A stretch of 64,000 bases of DNA, taken from positions 61,690,001 to 61,754,000 of the forward strand of contig NC_043006.1 of assembly GCF_006345805.1 (NCBI RefSeq), in the 5' to 3' direction. The DNA comes from Octopus sinensis (taxonomy: Eukaryota). Below the pieces are notes generated by a model. It did not search any database and was not told the origin of the DNA. It saw only the letters and a list, made by a program, of their open reading frames with translations. Shown in pieces: positions 37,907-51,726 of this stretch. Each line of letters begins with the position of its first letter. Positions within the stretch are counted from its first letter, which is position 1. The translations under genes were made by a program, and so were the position numbers.

Positions 37907-39277
37907 GATATGCGTTTGATGCTGGTTCTGTTTCTCTGACTTTGAACGTTCGTTCTAGTTCTTACACCTTAGGGATTATAGCTGTGTAATACTGTGTGTG
38001 TTTCCATTGTTCGTGAGAAAAAAAAATTACTGCTGTCTTACGACTTAATTTTACGCATCAGTTGTCTGTTTTATTAAAACTACTATATATGCAAAATGTA
38101 AAATTTTCATTCATTGTTATAAAACTAAAGACGTAAATATGTGTTGTGCACATATAAGTATAGACAAAATCAATTGATTGATTTTTATTATTTGTTAATT
38201 TCACACAATTGTGTTAAGTATTGACATATTCTCATTTTTTGACATACAAAACGCACTCTCAGAAAACACTCACATTCGAACGCACACCCGCCTACACACA
38301 AAAGCACACACACATATACATATATATGTATGTATGTGTGTATGTGTGTGTATTTGTGTGTTCAACAACACGATTCAACAAACCTGATGGGTTACTAAAA
38401 TGTTACTATACCTTGTTATAATGCTATTTATTCATTCCCTCACTATTATACTAACCGTAATTATTGCACTTTATACAGTCGCAGCTATATTTTTCCATTA
38501 CAGAAAATAAATGTACATAAAACTGAATTTTCCTATTACAAAAGTGAATTACCAGAGAAGAATAATTTTTCCATTCAATTATCTTGTTTAAAAGAAAAGT
38601 AATTACTTTGAAATCTCTAGATAACCAGAACAAAATTGAAATTACAAATTCATGAATAGCTCTTTCATGACATCTTTCTTTCATTTTTTCAATTTTTATT
38701 TTGCACAATCCGTGAATCTACTGAGATTTGGCTTCGAAACCACTACTTTTACATGACAGTTGCTTATACACTGGATAAATCATAACTGGCAGCTGTTTAT
38801 GGATAAAACGAAATGTTGAGATAATTTCAAAATATACTAAACGTAATTTACATGTGGCAATATATATTTATTTTATTTTATAATCTACAAAATGAATGAT
38901 ATCAGAAATCTAATTTCACTTTGAATTAATCCTGTCACATCTAAATGCAGAAGTGTGACAGACAAGGACAGCAGATTTGGTTATTGTAACCTTTTCTAAA
39001 TTAACAGGATTTATATATGATTTTCTAAGAAATTTCATTTATTGCTTTGTAGCATTGAGAGAATGTTATGTTACTTATTTAAGATATATCGAAAGTGAAA
39101 AAGTTTCCTCTAGGATGAAAACAATCAATAACTTAGTATATCACGAAAATAATTTTTATATGCATTTATTATGATTTGATTACATCGGTTAAATATAGTT
39201 TACATCAACTGCAATTGTTGGATGCCTCATATAGCTCCCTTCAATACTGAAAACCCAGAAGTAAATCCGATATATAG

Positions 39278-39596
39278 AAGCATGGCTGTGTGGTAAGTAG
39301 TTTGCTTACGAACCACATGTTTCTGGGTTCAGTCCCACAGCGTGGCTCCTTGAGTAAGTGTCTTTTACTATAGCCTCGAGCCGACCAAAGCCTTGTGAGT
39401 GAATTTGGTAGACGGAAACTGAAAGAAGCCCGTCGTAAGCTGGTGTGTTTACGTCCCCGTAACTTAGCGGTTCGGTATAAGAGACCGATAGAATAAGTAC
39501 TAGGCTTACAAAGAATAAGTTCTGGGGTCGATTTGCTCCACTAAAGGCGGTGCTCCAGCATGGCCACACTCATATGACTGAAACAAGTAAAAGAGT
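39278..39596 (+). mobile_element. tRNA-derived SINE family B, near full length
   Basis: A/B-box-like head tggctgtgtggtaag..gggttcagtccc, central ttgagtaagtgtcttttactatagcc, tail gcggtgctccagcatggccacactcatatgactgaaacaag. Confidence 0.93.
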
Positions 39597-39920
39597 GCGC
39601 ATGTGCGAGTATTTGCATGTCTGCGTGTACATAAGATAGATATATACACAAGATAGAAAATTTGAATGTATCGTTTGAATTAATTTTTGATGTATATTTT
39701 GATCATCTAAAATGTGCATTAGGGAGGGTGAGTAGTGATACTTCGCCTGATATGTGCATATGCATTTAACAGACACTTTAGTTCTCTGAAAGAAACTACC
39801 AAACCAAGATATTGACATTGTGGATAAATATGTTTGTTGGCTTTTTATTTGACAACACACACCCATATATAGCTATATACATACACACACACACACACAC
39901 ACACACAACACACACACACG

Positions 39921-39959
<39 letters not shown>

Positions 39960-39969
<10 letters not shown>

Positions 39970-42210
39970 TGGCCACTATGTGAACAACCCTTATGCAAGA
40001 GGTAGATCTGCTATGGTCTTACCTCAAAGAAACGTTCGCAAGAAAAGTTTAGCAAACACCAGAACGTAACCCAGCAACAACAAAGAAAAGCAACAAAGTA
40101 TGGGTTATTCACATGCATGTTTCACTATTAACAGATTACGTACCCAATTGGTCCGTAGACCTTCGGTGTGACCGTCCAAACAAATATAATTTACATAACT
40201 ATTTACCAGGACATCTGCACACAGTCGGATCTGTATATATTTCTACCTATTACACCCGTGGTAACTTTCAAATGTCTTCGTTTTGGCGCGCTAAATTACC
40301 GGAAAATAATACTGCAGGAAATAATTTATTGCAGGGACTTTTACCAGTTAGAGAACGTGTTAATCTAAACTTAAATTTAAAATCAGGGTGAGAAACTGGA
40401 TATCAATTTAATTAACATCAATTTCACACTAGTGGTCTAGGATATAAAAATCTGAGGGTTCAATGAATTGTATTATATACATATGAGAGTGATGCTTGAA
40501 ATGTGAGATTATAATGAAAGATAAATTAAAAACAATAGGTAGACATCCAAGGTTAACGTGGGAGAGATTTCACCAATAATTGCCTGGTTGGTGGCGGCAA
40601 TTAAATTAGGCTTGGAGGGAAAAAAAAATCCTCCATGCAACCAACATCAAATCGCAGAACTGACAGGGATTAGAGATACTAATCCAGGCTGGCCCTCTGG
40701 ACCCCGAGGAGATTGTTGACACCATACTGGTGGGTAAGGACACGAAGCTAAGTGTTACGGTGGAGGATAGAAAACCTCGTTGTTTTAAGTGTGTTCGGAA
40801 GGGCCACATAAGTGCAGAGTGCCTTCCAACTAAACCACAAGAGAACCGACCACTATGCAAAGCAGCTGTACCTCCAGCAGTAGAAGCAGCAGCTCCTCAT
40901 CCTCTGGCGACACCAGCGGCAGTGACGAAGAAAACAAAGACGACGACTGGACTATTATTGGGAAAAAAACAAAAGACCCTCTTCCTGCACACACAGACAC
41001 CAGTTCCCACCCTTCCCCGATAGACACCGATTCCCACCCTGACCCCGCAGATAACATTCCTACCCAACCCCCATAGTCACTGATCCCTGCCCTACCCTCG
41101 CAGACACCATGCCCCTCCAAGCTACCTCTGACACGATTCCCATCCCTGTTCCTACACAAAAAACGCAATGGCAGACACACAGGAACCCCAATATCCCCAA
41201 CTTCAAAAAAGGGCTCATATCTACGTTCTATGTGAAGAGTGACAAAACTTTAAAAAATTAGTTAAATCAAAAAATTCATTCAACACCCCCCCCCACAGAC
41301 GGAAAGTGATCATTTCATTTACATGGATAAAGAACTGCATCTAAACTTAAATCTTCAATCCTAGGTGACGTAGATCATTTGAGGACTAAAATTCTCAGCT
41401 TCATTATTCCGCCAATTCATCATTATTCCACCAATTCATTATTCTGCCAAGTGGTTCGACAGCGACGGACGATAAGAGGGGTCAATCTCCCAGCACTAGT
41501 TATGAATATTATTTGTCTTCTCTTAAGGTATGCTGTATAAGTGTTTGCAGCCTGGGATTGGATTGGAAACAAGGTCGCCTCCTTAACGACCTCAGGTCAC
41601 ACAGTTTAGATATTGTCATTATTACAGAAATCAAACTGAGTGAACTGCGGGGTTTCTCACTCCTAAACGGCTACGAGAAATTATTTCTCCATGACAGCCT
41701 GAAGGGGGTAGGTAGGTGTTACGTTACTACTCAGGAAAGATTTGAAACTACAGTTGAGAACGATATTTGTTCACCCTGAGGGCAATCTGGTCGTCGTTGA
41801 TGTGACGCACAGAAGTGATAAGACCTTCAGGTTGGTGGCTGTCTATGCTCCTTGTAGTCAGAATATTTTCGAAGTCTAGAGAATTTTCTAAAAACGTCAC
41901 ACACTTTAATGTTTTGGGAAACTTTAACACAATGTGCGATGCACACGTAAGTAGTGATGGGTCGAATCCAGAAAGGAAGGGAAACTTATGTCGCAGCGAT
42001 CCGCTCAGTTAATATTAGCTGGCAGATCGATACAGGCTAGAATTCCTGGATGCTCCAGTGTGGACATTGGCTAACAACGATGGGTATTTTAAATCTTATT
42101 TAGATACGATAATAGTTAGATGTAAAGAAAAAGACATAGTTGTCACAATTCCATTTGGTCACAAATTTGTGACCTGTAGTCTTGACTTTGGTCATGTAGA
42201 CAAGGAGCGC
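39960..42210 (+). mobile_element. 5' part of a Tx1/L1-like LINE: ORF1 with zinc knuckle plus APE endonuclease, decayed
   Basis: RKPRCFKCVRKGHISAEC (CCHC), Pro-rich linker, MSSLKVCCISVCSL..DIVIITEIKL, FRLVAVYAP, VLGNFN, SYLDTIIVR. Confidence 0.87.
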
Positions 42211-42249
42211 TGAGTGCCTTCCGCCCTTTGCAAATATTCGAGTGTTTCA

Positions 42250-42780
42250 GGCAGTGGAAAGCGCACTTCTACTCAGTATGGCATCAAATGCGATGGAAGT
42301 ACAAATTGGGGATCCATGTGAACAAGAGGAAGCAGTGAAAGAATGGACTGCCGAAACAAGCTTAGAAGGAAACTAAGGAAGAGACAACATACCCGTCATG
42401 AATATCCCCAAACCGACCACCCATCCCTCTCCTACCCCCTCTTCCCCACCCTGCGCCCGCCTGCTACTAGCCCCCGCCGCGCACCAGCAAACACTAATCC
42501 TGACACTGCCCCTACAAAAAAAACGAGCAAGCAGACATGAACTGAACGTCCCCTAGCCTCCACCCTACTAAATGATTTATATTAAAATATTCTGTGGGTC
42601 GACTGAAAAATTGGCGGAGGAGATGGACAGAATGGACGAGGTTGTGAAGGTGTGCGATGTTGATGACAACTTTGATAATGCGAGTGGCGTAGTTATTTGT
42701 AAAGAGCAACTTAAGGATCTTAAAAGGAAGTATGGGTCGATCAGTGACATGCAGACAATAGAAATCGACTGAGAAATCGA
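42250..42780 (+). mobile_element. Probable second ORF1-like fragment (Pro-rich, then acidic)
   Basis: MASNAMEVQIGDPCEQEEAVKEWT, Pro-rich tract like 40950-41200, then ORF 42572-42772. Confidence 0.45.
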
Positions 42781-42809
42781 TCAAAAAACTGTGTGTGTGT
42801 GTTTGTGAA

Positions 42810-43096
42810 GGCGCAATGACCCAGTGGTTAGGACAGCGGCCTCGCGGTCGTAGGATCGCGGTTTCGAATCCCAGACCGGACGTTGTGAGTATTTATTGAG
42901 CGAAAACACCTAAAGATGCACGAGCCTTCGGCAGTGGGGAGGGTGTCGATCCCTACTGTACTCTTTCACCACAACTTTCTCTCTTTCTTCTGTTGGCCTG
43001 CTCGCTTAGCCAGCGGGGTGGCGTCATTTGAAGGCTAAAGCAATGCATTGTGATGTGTAGCATCTTCTGATAGCCTGGTCGGTCACTGTGATCACT

Positions 43097-43131
<35 letters not shown>
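42810..43131 (+). mobile_element. tRNA(Arg)-derived SINE, family C, with RTE-like 3' tail
   Basis: Head ggcgcaatgacccagtggttagg..ccTCGcg..gtttcgaatccc (A box, TCG anticodon, B box); ends ctggtcggtcactgtgatcactgtga(TA)n. Confidence 0.9.
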
Positions 43132-43134
<3 letters not shown>

Positions 43135-43531
43135 TGTTTACCTATCTATAAATACATGTTGCTATACGTAAAATTCACCTGCGGTGGGCTAATTGACCTT
43201 GCGACCCAAGACTAAAGAGAGCAATAGTAATAAAACATTTATTGGTACACTAAAAGTATGATATTACATTGAATTCAAAGCTATTTTAAAATTTGTATTT
43301 TCAACTGTTAGGGTATAACAAATCCTCATCCAGAACTCAATGCTGCATGATCAAGAACCAGATTTCCAATCTCGGGATAATCCTGATTACATAAATGTAT
43401 TATATGTCTATGTAGACCAAATATGGAATGAGATAGCGAGGGAAGGGTCCGGACGGACAGATAGAAATTCCCGTTTATTTTGGCAACAGTCCGCATACGA
43501 TCAGATCTCGTACGTTATAAATTAATACACA

Positions 43532-44433
43532 TACGAGGTCTGATCAATAAGTATTCGCATTTTTGCAACGGTAGCGAAGCTAAAGGAGTCACAGTATAGC
43601 CGCTTGTCAAAGATTGACCTTGAACTCTGCTGTACAAGCGCACTAACGTTTATCGTTCTAGCTCACTTCCGATGTTTAAAGCAGTGCTTGAAAGGAAGGT
43701 GTATATGTTGTGTTCGTTGCATTGATCATGATGAAGTAAGTTATGGCAATACGAGCTCAGCATGGACGGGAACCACACATCGAGCAAAAGAGCAACAGCT
43801 TGCTCGATCACGATTTTCATCTGTAGAAAGTGTACGAAGAGGGGTGTATGAGGTGCACGCAAGTGTACGTGTGTTTCAGACGTTTCCAAGATGGCCGAAA
43901 AATGTCGGTACTGAGGAAAGTTCTAGGAGACGCGTAACCAGCAGAACTTAGAAAATCATTGTAGATGTTCATGCAGCTGTGAAAGTAAATCATCGAATAA
44001 CCATCCGTGATTTATCAGAGAGTGTGTAGATTAGTTACGGTTCAGTTCAGACTATTATCACTAACGATTTGAATATGAGACGTTTTTCTGCCAAGTCTGT
44101 GCTAAAACAACTTCAGCTGACGAAAAAGACACTCAGGTTTTAGTTTTGAAAAACATTGCGTAATCCTCTGAGCAGGTTTTAGTAAGCTTTTGGCAAAATT
44201 TCAAGTATATTCTCTGCTAAACTTGCCCTGTCATTGTCTTATTGTCAATGCAACGATCACACGTCACACACCTTCCTTCTAAACAGTGCTGTAGACAGCA
44301 AACTTTAGTTACAACGTTGAAACTTAGTACGCCTGCACTGCAGTGTTCCAAGTCAATCTGTCTCAAACGGTTTTACTCTGCGTACTTTAGCTTCGTTACT
44401 TTGGCAACGGTCCGCATACGATCAGACCTCGTA
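43532..44433 (+). mobile_element. Non-autonomous mariner-type element with both TIRs and TA flanks
   Basis: TACGAGGTCTGATC..GATCAGACCTCGTA; internal transposase remnants (NHRITIRDLSESV*ISYGSVQTIITNDLNMRRFSAK). Confidence 0.92.
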
Positions 44434-44494
44434 CATACAAAAACGCATATATACGTACACATATAGACAAATATACACATACAAAGCGGCGTAC

Positions 44495-44496
44495 TA

Positions 44497-44591
<95 letters not shown>

Positions 44592-44598
44592 ATATATA
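44495..44598. repeat. (TA)n microsatellite
   Basis: Directly visible. Confidence 0.97.
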
Positions 44599-46607
44599 GG
44601 TTCATATTAACACCTACAAAGCATGCATATACATCTACACAAAATATGTACATATACGTGTAGGATAAAACAAGTGTGTTGAATATATGCAAAGAGGAAA
44701 GGGAGTAATATATCTATAAACGAATATAGTTAGTGATGGAAGGAAAATATATTGATAAATGAATAAAATAAATTAAATTAAGAAAATGAATTATTTTAGG
44801 TAATAATATTCAGTGGTATATAACCGTGTAAAGGTTAACAAAAGCTATTTTATTAAGATACAAAAATAATAAAATAACTTAAAATGAAAATTAAATAAAT
44901 AGAACTTGCAAGACCTTTAAAGATACCTGAATGTCTTGGACATGCTTTGAAATTTTAAATTAAAATTCGGTAGGCAAAAGCTATGGTTAAATTTCAGTAT
45001 AGTTCTGCTGAAAAAAAAATAACAGTCGTTGAAAACCGTCGGAGAAGGGGAATATTTTGCGAAGGAGTCGAACGCTTCTTTGTGATGTCTGTGTAGTATT
45101 GAATACAAAATTAGGCGGGGGAATATGCGATAAAAATGGGGAAAATTAAAGACCAAATATTCAGCCGTAGGCACTTAGATATATTTGTGTATATACTTGC
45201 ATACAAGGGAAATTTCACGTACTGTAAACGCATGCTCGACCATAGTTTGTTTGCGAGTGTGCTTGTGCGAGCGTGTGGGCGCCCGTATATATTTATGCTG
45301 ATACTACAGGTGTAAAGTGTGTGTATATTTTCAATGTGAAGTTGTCAAGCGATTGACAATAACACCACCAACTATCCATTAGTATTTTTAAATTAAAAAT
45401 AGATATAAGAACAAACAGAAAACACACACTGAAGGTCGCCACATCTACATCTGATATCGGCCAATTTCGTGCGGAATTGCGAAATTGCTGAAATCATTTG
45501 GCTGATAAGAAATGAGGATTTGGTGACCTCCTGTGTCACTTTGCCGCTTGTTTGTGCTTATATTTATTAAATATATTTTAACTTAGTATTTAAAGAATCG
45601 GCTCACATTGTCTCTTATTTCGTTTACCCATTCCTGATTAAGATGACTATTCTTCATCGCTTTATTTCTTCAAACACTTCTGAATTACAAACGACAGTAA
45701 ACCCTCCGTATAATTAAGGTATCATTGACCCGCTGGATACCGTAGCGGAGTACCCCTGGTTGAGTGATTATTACATTACAGGATCAGCTAAGAAACATAT
45801 CTAGCCTGGATTTTAACCTTTCCAATACTTCAATTCGGAGTTGTGTATCTGTGTATGTATGCATGTGTGTGTGTGTGTCTGTGTGTGTAGGATGTTTTCT
45901 GTTTGGCTGCCACTTTACAATTTCTTAAAATTTTGTGCCAATTAATTCCATACTTGGTATATTAGTGTATTTTTGTATGCTAATTATTGACCTAAAATTC
46001 ATTTTCACCATACATCAATAAATAAAGCGTTGATAGCTTTTAAAATTTGCAAAGTTTGGGCGATTTTAATCAGTCGAAATCTTCAGACGTATAGGTGTGT
46101 GTTTCCATAGTAACAAATCAAGCTGTTACCAAGTTTCTTACCCACGCGATCATTTTTGGCTTATTATATGGTTTAACACATGGTATGAGGTAGTCGTGAA
46201 ATGTGCTAAATTAATAGCTAAATAGGCTGGTCTTTCTTTCATATTTTTGCACAGTTAGATAAATTCCCATGTGTAGAATCCAAATTTTAAAAAAATTCCC
46301 GAAAATTCCCCCATATTCCAAAAGTTATCAGGGATGGTATGGCATGCACAAAGCAGAATTCCTCCAATATTATTTTGTTTACAGTTGATCACACGTGCAG
46401 TTGTCCAAAAAATGACAGCTTCCAAATCCTGTTTCCCGACTGACTATTAAGTTTCAAAATTCAACCCTTTGTAACTCCCCTAAAAGAGTTTGAGATTCAG
46501 ACTGAAAAATTACATCAATACTTCAAATTTTAAAATTTTCACTAAACTTAAAACATTGTACTGCTGCAGCTAAGTTGAAAGGATTCACCTCGCCTCACCT
46601 CTCTTTC

Positions 46608-46983
<376 letters not shown>

Positions 46984-47423
46984 AATTTGAGTTATTTAGA
47001 GTTAAGACATTTTAAACTGTTTTTTGTTTCGGTGTACATATCTTCTCTAAGGAATCGTTTTAAATATACCAATTCTGAAGATAAGATTTATATATTATTT
47101 AACGATGCAGTACGAATGTTTTATGTATTTTTCTTTCAGAGATAAATTTACAAATTTTTATTTTGACTTTATTGGATATATTTTTAATATTATATATTTT
47201 GTCCAACACGATTAACTGCATAGGTTTGTGAGTGTGCGTGTGTGTGTGTGTGTTTGTTTGTTTCTGTGTAGCTGTGTGTGTACTTATGCGTTTGTGCATT
47301 TGTGAATATCTTTTTGTGGAAGTGTGTTTGTACATATACGTGACTATATACATATAATCATAAAGATATATATAGTTATAGATATACTAACACACACACA
47401 CATATATATACACACATACATGC

Positions 47424-47456
<33 letters not shown>

Positions 47457-47491
47457 ATTGTGTGTATAATTGTATGCGTTTGTTTTTATGG

Positions 47492-47553
<62 letters not shown>

Positions 47554-48014
47554 ATAGGAAGAGAGAGAGGCGCGTATTTGTATGTTGACAGAAAAATATT
47601 AACTGCTATTTTCAATTATTTACATATCTTCCTTCATTGGATGTCTTTTTCATGTGTTAACTAAAGAACTCAAAAAGTATTTGAGACTAAGAGCAAAATA
47701 TTATACTTCCGTCAAATTATGAGGCTGATTATCATTAAATAAATAAATGAATGAAATAAAATAATATATGTACATAAAGTTTATGCATAAAAAAGAACTC
47801 TATATATTGCTCTTTTTTCTGTGCAAAGTAAATTTTCTTGCAAATCATATATAAATTTCGAATGCTCCAGTCAGTCGAATCTTGGCTGCTAAATAAAATA
47901 CTTTCAGTGAAGAAAGATAAAATTGCGTGGAATTTGACCAAACGTATATAATCCTGTAGTTCTACATGGCTATATGATTTCTTAAAATATATAAACGCAG
48001 AGACATACAGTAAC

Positions 48015-48027
48015 GTATGTATGTACG

Positions 48028-48061
<34 letters not shown>

Positions 48062-48071
48062 TGTATGTATG

Positions 48072-48103
<32 letters not shown>

Positions 48104-48245
48104 CATGTATGTATGTATGTATGTATCCATGTATGTTGGTACGTATCTATGTAAGCTTGTATGTATGTATGATATGTATGTGTTGAAGTATGTATGCATG
48201 TTTGTGTATGTAAGGATGCATGTATCTGGATATATGTGTGTGTAT
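48015..48245. repeat. (TATG)n microsatellite
   Basis: Directly visible. Confidence 0.95.
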
Positions 48246-48944
48246 TGATGCCGTTTTAAAACTCTTCATGCATCGACTTGTTATGTACTGGATACATTTT
48301 GCTCCTTCATGTATATTTACAAATGTTACCGACAAAATATAACAAATATATATTTTCTTTACATCTAAAACGAATAAGGATTTTAAAGTTTCTTGAGAGA
48401 AAAGTATTAATAAAATCCAAGTCAGAAGAATAAAAGCAGGTTAATACCATATAAGCCTATTAGTTCTGCTTACGTACGAATACAAATAGATTTCAAAATC
48501 TACACATTCTGTGTGCTGATAGAAGACTAAGAGGATATTAGATCTTTTCTTTTTTTCTCAGCTTGCCTCTCCATTGCTGTATATACATTCTGATTAAAAA
48601 AAAATGTTATATATATTTTGGTATAAGAGTTTGCCTCCAACAGAACATTTCTTTGCGTGTTATTATGAAACTGAATTTATCAATGGAGCATTCCTTTGCT
48701 CAAAAGGTATTTCAAATATTAGTTACGTGCTTGATCTGTTAATACATAACTGATAAGAAATAATGAAGTCATACTACAAGGTAATGTACTTAACTATAAA
48801 TGTTGATTCTAATTTGATGAAAGTATAACAGAATAATATTGAAATACATATCAGAAAAATTAACAAAACACCAGTATATAACAACAAAGAAACAATACAA
48901 TATACGCTATTAGTGTTCACGTTGTATATATACATAATAACACT

Positions 48945-48994
48945 CATGCATACATACATACCTACATACATACATACATACATACATACATACA

Positions 48995-49027
<33 letters not shown>

Positions 49028-49030
49028 GTG
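48945..49030. repeat. (CATA)n microsatellite
   Basis: Directly visible. Confidence 0.95.
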
Positions 49031-49599
49031 TATGTATTCATTGGTATATATACATCACATTGGTTTCCTATATACTCCATGTTTATATGGTAGTGCTTGT
49101 ATATGTATGTAAACATGTACCAATGATTGCATGTTCTCTGTATGTATGTATATATTAGGGTTCCGACGTCTCGATTTTTTTGGAAGTAAACAATTTCCTT
49201 CTATCAGAGAAAAGAGTTTTTCTTCTCAATGTTTGTCGATTCATCTCTTACAGCTGGGCAGAGTTTTGGATTACTGACCAAATGTTCAATGCACGTGATT
49301 ATCAGACGTTATATGGTAGCTTGTAAGTCCATAAAAATGGCATTAAATTGTGTAAAAAATATTTTGGAGTAGAGAACCATCGGAACTGGAAATTTCCAGA
49401 ATAAATCAGAGAGCAGATAAGGCAATCAAGTGCGTTCGATATCATTATGATGTTTGTAAAAAGAAGGGGAAACTTCAGTTTTCATTTATTTCATCTCACA
49501 CAATATTACTTCTTTGTTATGTTTAAAAAATTATTAATATTCAATACTCTTTTTCTTACACTGTTAATTAGAATAGGAATTAAACCTATAAAATTAAGA

Positions 49600-49774
49600 A
49601 TATGTATTGTTTTTTAATAATATATAACTGGTTAATGAAATGACCGTTCGTTGAAAAGGACCAATGAAAAGAAACTAATTTCCAACGTGTATCTTTCAAC
49701 GTAATTTTACATTTTGTTCCATTTTCATCAAAACTGTCCGACGAGCGGAAACGTGAAATTCTGAGTAACAATTT

Positions 49775-49780
<6 letters not shown>
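49600..49780 (+). mobile_element. Solo 3' end of the same Penelope-type terminal repeat as 33130-33810, with hammerhead-like motif
   Basis: gttgaaaaggaccaatgaaaagaaac..caacgtgtatc..aaaactgtccgacgagcggaaacgtgaaattctgagtaaca matches 33666-33800. Confidence 0.75.
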
Positions 49781-49815
<35 letters not shown>

Positions 49816-51173
49816 TATATATATATAAGGTATACACGTTCAATGTGAGTATGGACGATTAGGTTAATAATTCATATAGTTGATATAGAAAGAGTTACAA
49901 AGTCACGGAAGTTAAAAGAACAGTTGTAGAAACATTCGGATTTCTAACCATCCCGGGGTGGGGACGGGGTAGCCGTTTCATGCTCACTTTAAAAATCCAT
50001 TTCATTCTTTCTTCATATGTTAATTGTCCCCGATTGTTTTGTTTGTTCCCTCTTTGTTGGCCTCTTGTGGGCAATTATAAAATCGAACTGAACAGAATTT
50101 TCAATATGTTTGAACAATATTCGCAATCCTAAGAAAACAAATCACTGTATTTTGTCATCGACAAAATTTCTCGCTGTAGAGAAACAGGTATACGCACACT
50201 TTGTTAATTCGAAGAGCCGTCTACCCAGATTTATGGATGCATTTATCTCGGAGTGGTTATCTCCTCTTGATCCTCAAAGGCTAGAAATGGGAACGCTGCG
50301 AATTGACAAGATGTAGGTATAAGTTTAGTTACTTTCAGCCTACTGTACTTGGTTGCGCTACTCGGTCACTCGACGTAATTATAATACCGACCATTGACTC
50401 GAGGTAACTATAACATCGAATAGAAGCGCTAAGCAATGATGTGTATAAACACAAAGATCTTGTGTAAGAGATCTTGACACTGTATTTTGTCAAGGAGAAA
50501 ATTACTTACTGTAGACCAAAGGTTCTCATCTCATTTTGGTCAAACACCCTCTTTTGACACTTGGAGTCACAAATGACACACAAAATATATATATTTTTCA
50601 ATATACTACTTATTCTGATATCAGCAGATAATGATTAAAAAAGAAAGGACGTCGATTTACATATGCTCTTATACGCGATTGGTGGTACAAAGTTAAAACC
50701 AGAAATGCAAAAAAAATAATATATAATGGTCTTATGAGTGAAAGTTTGGTAATTGCGCTTATTTCCACCACACGACACTAATGAGATCAGCGTGTTGTCT
50801 ATCGAGGAAATATTTCGTTTCATTCACAGAATCTGCATGTTTTAAAAGGAAATAAAAAATCTGATAATTGGTTATATTGATGCAGCTTTCCGTGCATATT
50901 CTTGTGATGCCATGAACTTCTAGAGAAAAAAATATGGACGGAAATGTTACAGAAGTTTAAAAATCGAAAAGAAAAAAAAAAACCTATTTTTATAAGACAG
51001 AAATTTTCTATATTGTATCAGTGTCAAATTTAAGGTTGCACCCTGTGAAGTTTATACTTTAGCATCCAACTCGTATACTGCATAACACATAAAGTATCGA
51101 TTTTCAAAATTTTTACTTCCTTTTAAAAATGCAGATTTTGTAAGTGAAATGGACTAGATCCCATATAAATTAA

Positions 51174-51300
<127 letters not shown>

Positions 51301-51679
51301 ACAAGAAAAAAGCAACAAGAACGGATTAGTCGTTCAGTACAATTGTTTCATACGAAGAACAGATTTATTAAAAGCTGCAAATATTGAAGCAAATACAAAT
51401 GTCCCGTATTCATCAGCCAAAATATATATGAGTTTTCCAAACATACTATCGAAGAGAGTTCTATGAAAAGCAAAATTAGATTGTAAGCAGACTTAAAATG
51501 TTCTCTAATGATGCACAGTTTTATAAAAGGTTTTTAAAAAAGTTTGTTAGCTTTTTTTCTTGTTTATAATCAGCCCATATTATTGTTTGGTTAATACCAT
51601 AAAGATTTCTAGTGCATCTAAGTTAAGTACCGCATTCATGTGAATTCATTGGAACTCACTTGAATCTTAATTGTTTTAC

Positions 51680-51726
<47 letters not shown>

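Noticed and set aside
42810-42880. tRNA-Arg(TCG) gene
   Set aside because: Acceptor stem does not close, and the head continues into a SINE body and LINE-like tail
50340-50404. Plus-strand 65-nt exon candidate (ttactttcag| .. GAG|gtaact)
   Set aside because: One open frame (PTVLGCATRSLDVIIIPTIDS) but no partner exons or homology; kept below the reporting threshold
51660-51678. 19-nt minus-strand exon candidate (phase 1-2) that would join 18839
   Set aside because: Acceptor is only a (TA)n run plus TTCAG with no pyrimidine tract; too weak
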